Under the pieces are notes generated by a model. It searched no databases. It was not told the DNA's origin and saw only the letters and a list, made by a program, of their open reading frames with translations. Positions 19,976-26,639 of a stretch of DNA of 32,000 bases are shown in pieces. Numbering within the stretch: position 1 is the first letter of the stretch; every line of letters starts with the position of its first letter. A program made the translations under genes and the position numbers. The stretch spans positions 407,876 to 439,875 of the forward strand of contig NZ_CM001976.1 in NCBI RefSeq assembly GCF_000406145.1, written 5' to 3'. Source of the stretch: Dickeya dadantii NCPPB 898. GTDB taxonomy: Bacteria > Pseudomonadota > Gammaproteobacteria > Enterobacterales > Enterobacteriaceae.

Positions 19976-21193
19976 ATGTATAATGAAGACGTTAAGGAAT
20001 TTGCGAAAGAAGAAGAGAAAAAACTATTAAGCTTGGACTGTCGCTACTTTACCGAAGATAGTCGGCGTTCAGTTGATAGAGATCCATTTATGCGTGATTA
20101 CGCACGGATTCTTTATTCGTCATCTTTTCGGCGCTTACAGGGAAAGATGCAACTTTTAGATATAGATCCAAGCAAATTTACAAGAAATAGATTAACGCAT
20201 AGCTTAGAGGTTGCGCAAATTGCACGCTCAATAGCTACAGATTTAGGCTTAGAAAACCCCGTGGTTGCTGAATCAGCATCTTTAGCTCATGATCTTGGTA
20301 ATCCACCATTCGGCCATAATGGTGAAAAAATTTTAAATGAACTTATAAAAGATCAAGGCGGATTTGAGGGTAATGCACAGACGTTTAGGATATTAAGAAT
20401 ACTAGAAAAAAAACATCATTCTTTTTCCGGATTAAATCTTACTCTTCGAACAATGCTGTCAGTAACTAAATATTTTAATAGGAAGGGATTAAGTAATAAA
20501 AAATTTATTTATGATGATGATTTTCAGTTCTTAAGTGATGAATTAAATAAAAGGAACATAGGTATTATTAAAAGTATTGATGCTCAGATTATGGATATTG
20601 CCGATGAAATTGCTTATGCTGCGCATGATTTAGAGGATGCTTTAAGCATGAATTATATAACTATGGGCGAGCTTTTGCATGAGTTTAAGATAAGTGTTGA
20701 ATTTAAGGATGCGTTTGATGATATAAGTGAGATATATGAAATGGTTCATAAGGATGCGTTATTATCTCATAGGCTTTGTACTTCTGAAGAATTTGCGTTG
20801 ATTGAAAGAAAAGAATTGACTTCAAATATAGTTAATGTTCTCTGTAATGATATAGATATAGTCAAAGATGATAATAGTATATCCTTGTTAGGATATAGAA
20901 CGAAAAGTAAGTTAGCTGTAGGCTTGAAGAAGCTTTTGTTTAAAGCTGTTTTGAGAAAAAGAAATATACAATTTTATGAGTTAAAGGGTGAGAATATAAT
21001 TAAAGGTCTTTTTGAAGTTTATACTAGTGCATTAAATAGGAATAATCTATTATTTCCCCCTGAGATAAGAAATTTACCTGATTCTAAGGAAAAGTTAGCT
21101 ATAGATCATATCGCAGGTATGATGGATTCGTTTGCTATTCAGGAGTATGAACGATTCTTTGGCATTGGTAGCGCTAATATAATAATGAAATAA
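19976..21193 (+). CDS. Dgt-like HD-domain deoxynucleoside triphosphate triphosphohydrolase (dGTPase family)
   Basis: 405 aa. Motifs are DRDPFMRDYARILYSSSFRRLQGKMQ, NRLTHSLEVAQIARSIA (His), SLAHDLGNPPFGHNGE (HD, as in E. coli Dgt HDIGNPPFGHFGE), GFEGNAQTFRIL and MDIADEIAYAAHDLEDA. SD ggaaagg. The gene is very AT-rich. Confidence 0.9.
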   Translation: MYNEDVKEFAKEEEKKLLSLDCRYFTEDSRRSVDRDPFMRDYARILYSSSFRRLQGKMQLLDIDPSKFTRNRLTHSLEVAQIARSIATDLGLENPVVAESASLAHDLGNPPFGHNGEKILNELIKDQGGFEGNAQTFRILRILEKKHHSFSGLNLTLRTMLSVTKYFNRKGLSNKKFIYDDDFQFLSDELNKRNIGIIKSIDAQIMDIADEIAYAAHDLEDALSMNYITMGELLHEFKISVEFKDAFDDISEIYEMVHKDALLSHRLCTSEEFALIERKELTSNIVNVLCNDIDIVKDDNSISLLGYRTKSKLAVGLKKLLFKAVLRKRNIQFYELKGENIIKGLFEVYTSALNRNNLLFPPEIRNLPDSKEKLAIDHIAGMMDSFAIQEYERFFGIGSANIIMK

Positions 21194-21236
21194 TTGCCAT
21201 TTGGTTTTTATAAAAACAAATAAAATGAGATATTAT

Positions 21237-22865
21237 ATGAAAAAACCTCAACCTAGAAAGGAAAAGCTTTCTATATATCTCGTAAGAAATGCCAATAAAA
21301 AAGATGATGAATTCATAAAAATAGATAAGGCTAAAAATGGAATTGAGATAAAATTAGATGGAGTTGATTATGCATTTCTATATGCAAAAAATAGTTTTAA
21401 AAATACTCCATCTTGGACAAAATTGTTTACTCATTATGAGCATATAAATGCAGATTATTTTGGTATGTCTAGCAACGTTGGTGCTGTTTTTGTTGTTAGA
21501 GCTTTTGGGTATGCTTTTATTTTATCATTTGGTTCCGGTTTTCACTTAATAAAAGATGAAGAAATAGAAAGGGACTTCGGTTTAAGAGTAACATTAAATT
21601 CAGTTGATCCAGACAAACTGAGAAGCTTAGATAAAGCTAGTTATGATCATAATCCTTTAAATTCCCGAACGCAAAGTACAAAAGATGTAGATATTTTTAA
21701 TCTTCATTTAGATTCAGAGTCAGAGTTGCTTTACGCAGTAACTGGGACTTCTTTGGTTAAAGAATTTGGTAGTCAAGTTACTGGGAGAGATGCTCTCACA
21801 CTTGCAGTTGATATTACTTTGGAACAAATATCAGGAATTCTTCATGAAGCAATTTCGAGATATAAGAAAAAACTACCTGATAAGTTTTCTTGGGTTGAGA
21901 ATATCAACAGGGTTCGTGATCAAGATGAAATTGATATTCTTGATTTGGAGTTGGATGACTATTTTTCATCTGGGTGTTATACCAATTTTTGGTTAGGAGA
22001 ACCTGAGATAGTTGATTGGGAGGGGCAAGTTGGATATTCGTTTGATATGTATCCCAGAACACCTAGGTATATTATTTTGACATTAGATGATTATATAGAA
22101 TATCTTAATGGTGAGCCCATTTCTGTATTCAGGCTTAAGGGTGACGTTATTCATATAAATAATAGTGATTTTATATCAACCAAATCTTGGTCTGTATATA
22201 GATGTTTGTATGCTGAAATAATTTTTGGTGATGCGTATTATATATTAAGAAATGGAGTGTGGTATAAAATAAATCAAGATTTTGTTAACTCTGTTGATGA
22301 ATATCTCGTTGATTTAAGTGATTATGATTTTGATTTTCCTATCTATGATCATGAAAGAGAAGATATTTATAACGATTACCTTTGTAAAAATTATTCTAAC
22401 TTTTCTTTAATGGATAAAAAGAATATAGCAATAGGTGGAGTATACGATAAATTGGAACATTGTGATCTTATTCGAAATGGATGTGATTTTATTCATGTTA
22501 AATATTACAGAAGCTCTGGTACATTAAGTCATTTATTCTTTCAAGGTATGGTTGCCGCAGAAGCATTCATTAAGGACAAAGATTATAGAAAAAAGTTAAA
22601 CCCTAAATTGCCTGAATCCATAAGATTAGATGATGTAAACTCAAGGCCAAATCCCAATAAATATAAAGTTGTTTATGCTATAGCGACAGTTAAGAACCTG
22701 CCACAGGAATTACCTTTCTTTTCTAAAGTAACATTAAAAAACACTCTAAAGACATTAAAGGCCTTGGGTTATATTGTATCAATAGCAAGAATTGATATAT
22801 CTCCTATAATTCTTAAGATTAAGAAATGCAAGCCTAAAAAATATCATCTTAATAATTTTAATTAA
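21237..22865 (+). CDS. Uncharacterised 542-aa protein, partner of the Dgt-like gene; possibly TIGR04141/DUF6119-like, unverified
   Basis: A long open frame on the same strand begins 8-44 nt after the dGTPase stop and has the same AT-rich composition. Conserved-looking blocks are GYAFILSFGSGFHLIKDEEIERDFGLRVTLNSVDPDKLRSLD and KLEHCDLIRNGCDFIHVKYYRSSGTLSHLFFQG. The start is ambiguous among TTG 21201, ATG 21225 and ATG 21237. Confidence 0.8.
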   Translation: MKKPQPRKEKLSIYLVRNANKKDDEFIKIDKAKNGIEIKLDGVDYAFLYAKNSFKNTPSWTKLFTHYEHINADYFGMSSNVGAVFVVRAFGYAFILSFGSGFHLIKDEEIERDFGLRVTLNSVDPDKLRSLDKASYDHNPLNSRTQSTKDVDIFNLHLDSESELLYAVTGTSLVKEFGSQVTGRDALTLAVDITLEQISGILHEAISRYKKKLPDKFSWVENINRVRDQDEIDILDLELDDYFSSGCYTNFWLGEPEIVDWEGQVGYSFDMYPRTPRYIILTLDDYIEYLNGEPISVFRLKGDVIHINNSDFISTKSWSVYRCLYAEIIFGDAYYILRNGVWYKINQDFVNSVDEYLVDLSDYDFDFPIYDHEREDIYNDYLCKNYSNFSLMDKKNIAIGGVYDKLEHCDLIRNGCDFIHVKYYRSSGTLSHLFFQGMVAAEAFIKDKDYRKKLNPKLPESIRLDDVNSRPNPNKYKVVYAIATVKNLPQELPFFSKVTLKNTLKTLKALGYIVSIARIDISPIILKIKKCKPKKYHLNNFN

Positions 22866-22949
22866 TATAAATTTAATGAGGATATTCGGAATGACTTTAA
22901 ATTTTTAAAAATCATTGCGTTGATTTTTTAATCAATTTGTTCTTGTTTC

Positions 22950-22991
22950 CACCGCGCCCGCCCCCTCCCCAAAAAGGGGGCGGGCGCGGTG
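22950..22991. repeat. Perfect 16-bp GC-only-rich hairpin at a compositional junction
   Basis: caccgcgcccgccccc (22950-22965) is the exact reverse complement of gggggcgggcgcggtg (22976-22991). The loop is tccccaaaaa. No flanking T-run occurs on either strand. Confidence 0.85.
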
Positions 22992-23088
22992 CCAGACGCT
23001 ATCATGATTGGCAAACCATAAGGTCTGGTTGCTACTAATAACGTTAATTGGTTGGCTTTCGACTAATACTGATGGGAAATGACGCCAT

Positions 23089-23490
23089 TTATTTTAAATC
23101 AGCATGCTTAAATGTTTGTTCGCCAGCCTGGCTATTTGTCATTTTTAGCATGCTATTCTCTTCTGTATAAGTGATTAAGGCGTCATTCGGGTTATCTCGC
23201 CAACGGCCTATGTAGTTAGGTTCCGAATCACTTCCAGCGGTTCGCCATAGCACTCGTGACCCTTCTATCATCTTGCACTGATATTTCCACAGGCTATTAT
23301 CACTTGGCCTGTGATATTGCAAATTAACGAGATCCCCATTCACTTTTGTTTTCATTATTTTGGGTTCTTTTGCGAACTCCATTGACATGGCTGCTTTACA
23401 GATTTCAGCATTCGAGAAGGGAGCTGAAAAAGCGGGAATAGCCATTAATGAGGTACTTAAAATCAGAGAGAACTTAATTAAATGCTTCAT
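23089..23490 (-). CDS. Small secreted protein of unknown function
   Basis: 133 aa. It has a Sec signal peptide, MKHLIKFSLILSTSLMAIPAFSA followed by PF. I recognise no family. Confidence 0.6.
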   Translation of the reverse strand: MKHLIKFSLILSTSLMAIPAFSAPFSNAEICKAAMSMEFAKEPKIMKTKVNGDLVNLQYHRPSDNSLWKYQCKMIEGSRVLWRTAGSDSEPNYIGRWRDNPNDALITYTEENSMLKMTNSQAGEQTFKHADLK

Positions 23491-23518
23491 AAACCCTCTT
23501 TATTTTGATAAAAATTTA

Positions 23519-23998
23519 TTACCATAACGATAATAATAAGGTGTGTTCCTGTATTTCTGACGGGACAAAACCCCAGTATTGGTAGAACGCTTTTGCCTCA
23601 TCAGATAACGCATGTACCAATAACGCTTTGTTGCCTACCTGCTGCGCTACATTGCGGGAGCGGAGTACCGCATCTTTCAGAAGCCCGGCACCGATCCCCA
23701 TACGTTGATAACGTTCATCAACGGCTAATCGGCCAAGTACCAGAACAGGAATGGGGTCAGGCATATTGCGCCGGAATGCGCCCGGTGCAACCTGACGCTG
23801 GATGCTACCCGACGCGAGGGCATAGAACCCCACCACACGCTGTGTACCGGCTTCACACACCACGAAGGTGCGTGAAGCGCCCAGCGTCTGATTTTTTAAC
23901 GCCTTGCGTTTCAGCCATTCATTCAATGACGGCTCGGAACAATGAAAATCCACAACTGCATGTTGAGGCAGCAATAATTCAGGTGCCGTTATTCCCAC
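23519..23998 (-). CDS. GNAT-family toxin of a type II toxin-antitoxin system (TacT/AtaT/ItaT-like aminoacyl-tRNA acetyltransferase)
   Basis: 159 aa with a GTG start. VDFHCSEPSLNEWLKRKALKNQ, GFYALASGSI and LGRLAVDERYQRMGIGAGLL are the hallmark blocks of this toxin family. It overlaps the upstream DUF1778-type gene by 10 nt. Confidence 0.85.
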   Translation of the reverse strand: MGITAPELLLPQHAVVDFHCSEPSLNEWLKRKALKNQTLGASRTFVVCEAGTQRVVGFYALASGSIQRQVAPGAFRRNMPDPIPVLVLGRLAVDERYQRMGIGAGLLKDAVLRSRNVAQQVGNKALLVHALSDEAKAFYQYWGFVPSEIQEHTLLLSLW

Positions 23999-24261
23999 GG
24001 AGATTTCCTGTTCAGTAATGCATTCACACGCGGATTATCTGTGACTGGTGATTCCAACACCTGAATGAAAGCATCATATTGTTCATCATTGACCAGAAAC
24101 AGCCTTTGATCCAACAACACATCCTCAGCCTCACGGCAGGCAGCATCAAGGATAAACTCTGTTCTTGATTTCGACAGCAATTTAGCGGCGACATCAATCA
24201 GCTCCCGCTGTGATGCTTTAGCACGAATATTAATCGGCATTTCTTTTGGCTCTGTTCGCAT
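23989..24261 (-). CDS. DUF1778/RHH-type antitoxin (TacA-like)
   Basis: 90 aa, MRTEPKEMPINIRAKASQRELIDVAAKLLSKSRTEFILDAACREAEDVLLDQRLF, which is the characteristic DUF1778 pattern. SD gagagg. The ORF-track start at 24333 is an unsupported extension. Confidence 0.85.
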   Translation of the reverse strand: MRTEPKEMPINIRAKASQRELIDVAAKLLSKSRTEFILDAACREAEDVLLDQRLFLVNDEQYDAFIQVLESPVTDNPRVNALLNRKSPWE

Positions 24262-24547
24262 CGTGACCTCTCTGTGTAGCGAATAGCTATACATCCAGTA
24301 TAGTGAACGGTACAGCAAATAGCCACACGCCATTCATGAACAACATTTTCGTCATAGCGGGGTTGGGTTAGGATCTGTTACACGGAATCGAACCGGAACG
24401 GATAAGAATTAATCTTATTGATAAAATGACGTGATATAGCTCATTGAAAACATGGGCTAAAAATGAAGTGGGGGCATAAAAGGGGGCACCTAAATTAGGT
24501 TGGTGAGTATTAAATTTTATTATTCAATCAATTACATCATTTTGCGT

Positions 24548-24565
24548 GTCCGGCCTTCGCACCAA
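24548..24565 (+). repeat. Degenerate copy of the leuX 3-prime end: attR of island 1 and old att of island 2
   Basis: gtccggccttcgcaccaa differs from tRNA positions 18372-18390 by a single-base deletion. Confidence 0.7.
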
Positions 24566-24577
24566 CAGTATATAAAT

Positions 24578-24601
24578 AGACGTCAACCGACGTCTTTTTT
24601 T
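24578..24601 (+). terminator. Rho-independent terminator-like hairpin following the tRNA-end remnant
   Basis: agacgtc (24578-24584) pairs with gacgtct (24589-24595), followed by a T-run to 24601. Confidence 0.6.
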
Positions 24602-24750
24602 ATGCCTGAAATCCAGTATTTACCCGCCTTTCCCGCTATATTCATTCTCTCAGGGTCAACCGACATCTATGTACATCTACCAACAGTTGTTGGTACAGCT
24701 GATGGTATTTTCGGTTCGATAATGCTTGTACCAACGGGGAGGAAATAAGT

Positions 24751-25209
24751 ATGGCGCTCACTGATATCAAAGTCAGAACAGCCAAGCCTTCGGATAAGCA
24801 ATACAAGCTGACCGACGGCAATGGTATGCATCTGCTGGTTCATCCCAATGGCTCAAAGTATTGGCGCTTTCGTTTCGGTGGTAAACAGCACCTGATAGCG
24901 TTTGGCGTCTATCCCGAAGTTTCACTGGCTGATGCCAGACATAAAAGAGAAGCTGCCAGTGGACTGACCCCGCCACGGCTTTCGCACCATGGCCTGTAGC
25001 TTACTGATTGAATCAGGATTATGGTCGAGGGATGCGATGGAACGGCAGATGAGCCACATGGAGCGCAACTCGGTACGAGCGGCGTATATCCTAAAGCTGA
25101 GTATCTGGATGAGCGTAAGCTTATGCTGCAATGGTGGGCAGATTTTCTGGATGCTAATAGGGAAAAGGCGGTGAGTGCGTTTGATTTTGGTAAGATAAAA
25201 AGTCGTTAG
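24751..25209 (+). pseudogene. P4-type integrase pseudogene with a large internal deletion plus a frameshift
   Basis: The N-terminus MALTDIKVRTAKPSDKQYKLTDGNGMHLLVHPNGSKYWRFRFGGKQHLIAFGVYPEVSLADARHKREAA is joined out of frame near 24960-24973 to the C-terminal HGFRTMACSLLIESGLWSRDAMERQMSHMERNSVRAAYI. A further 1-nt frameshift near 25090 precedes KAEYLDERKLMLQWWADFLDANREK. Confidence 0.85.
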
Positions 25210-25235
25210 ACACGTATTCTGAATCAGGGGATATT

Positions 25236-26093
25236 ATGTATACGGATGAGTTATTGGCTATTCAATCTGATTGGTCAAAAAAATCATTGTTATTAATGAG
25301 AAAACTTCTAACATTAATGACTCCGGTTGCTTTATTTGACCAATGGACTAAAGAAGAGCAAAGTACGATTGGTTTTTTGCTTGCTGCATCAGCAAGGTCA
25401 ACAGAAAGTCTATTTTTATTGACCTCATATGGGCAGCTTTGGGACGCAGAAATGATGCAAAGGGCTATCATTGAAGCATCGTTAAAATTTGTATTTCTTC
25501 TTGAATCTAGAGAAACATTTAAAGATAGGTTTAATGAATACTCAACAGCGCAATACGAGATATCCCTACTCAAGGATGATAATAAGGTTTTAGAGCTATT
25601 AAGCATCCTGCCTAACTCTGATGATGAAAAATGGCTCCCTTTGCGGGAACGTTTGCTTGCTGATGAGGAAAGAAAAATGATTAATGAAACGTACGATAAA
25701 AGTTATCGCAGATCTCTTGAAACGCGATGGGGGTTTACTAGTATTATAGGAAGTTTGACCCGTAGCGGAAAACTATTTCATGGGTTAAGTGAATTATCAT
25801 ATGGGTACTCTGTATCAAGCCATGTTCTACATGCCGATTATTTAGGGGTAGTACTACCGATTGAAAGAGATAGTAGAGAGCATGAGAATCGATCTGCTTT
25901 ACATTTGGCTCATTTGAGTAGACATATCTCTGATGCTTTCACATGCCTGATCATGCGACTATATGCTGGATATCGATTTGTCGGGATAGATACGGCGGCC
26001 ATAAATGAAGCTATTAAGAAAATAGATGATCTACAGGTACCATTTCGTGAAGAATATAATAAATGGATAGATATAGAATACGGAGGTAAATAG
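25236..26093 (+). CDS. Hypothetical protein, 285 aa, no family recognised
   Basis: A clean ORF behind SD agggga, AT-rich and predicted to be largely helical, with no TM or signal sequence. Confidence 0.65.
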   Translation: MYTDELLAIQSDWSKKSLLLMRKLLTLMTPVALFDQWTKEEQSTIGFLLAASARSTESLFLLTSYGQLWDAEMMQRAIIEASLKFVFLLESRETFKDRFNEYSTAQYEISLLKDDNKVLELLSILPNSDDEKWLPLRERLLADEERKMINETYDKSYRRSLETRWGFTSIIGSLTRSGKLFHGLSELSYGYSVSSHVLHADYLGVVLPIERDSREHENRSALHLAHLSRHISDAFTCLIMRLYAGYRFVGIDTAAINEAIKKIDDLQVPFREEYNKWIDIEYGGK

Positions 26094-26130
26094 AATTAAG
26101 AACGAGCCTGTCCACTAATGCTGGGTAATA

Positions 26131-26208
26131 TCATGAATGCAGTCCATTTTCAGATAGTGAAAAAAATTCCACGCAAGCATTATCATAACAACAACCCTTG
26201 ACACTCAT
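26131..26208 (-). pseudogene. IS3-family transposase (OrfB, rve domain C-terminal region) remnant
   Basis: The minus-strand frame gives [25 protein letters not shown]. This resembles the conserved S-R/K-G-N-C-x-DNA-x-x-E-S-F-F-x-x-L-K-x-E block of IS3-family transposases. Only about 25 codons survive. Confidence 0.4.
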
Positions 26209-26639
26209 ACCGCCTCGAAAATTATGTTGTATCAACCAACTAATAAGGTAAAAGATAACTATGCACAATAATATCGCAAGAACCTTTGAAAATGGTTCGT
26301 CGAGTCCATAGTAATTTTTTGTTATTAAATCAATTAATTATTAAAACTATGAGTTACATCAATATATTAGACTCTAAATTGTTCAAACTTGGTTTTTTGT
26401 GGATTTGATGGGTTAGTATACTTCAATTACACAATTGGCATGGCACTGAAGTAAGCACCGTTAGCCTTAGTAAGCTCCTTGGGACATTAGCAAGAGCTTC
26501 GCCATTCTCGGTAAAGGCAATATCGGTTAGTCCTTGGGGCACTTATACCGAGTTGAAGGGTTATCTTTGCATCGTTTACGAGGCAAAGAATATGATGTCA
26601 TTCCTTTTCCTGTGAGGATGACGTTGTGTACTGATTTAT

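Larger units (their letters stand above)
18390..24565. mobile_element. leuX-integrated genomic island, module 1, with an intact P4-type integrase
   Basis: Bounded by the tRNA 3-prime end and its degenerate direct repeat. The integrase sits directly next to the tRNA. The cargo has strongly deviating base composition. Confidence 0.7.

Noticed and set aside
24500-24748. 82-aa ORF covering the att remnant, the terminator hairpin and the integrase upstream region
   Set aside because: It spans a tRNA-end remnant and a terminator and has no SD. It is an artefact of AT-rich spacer DNA.
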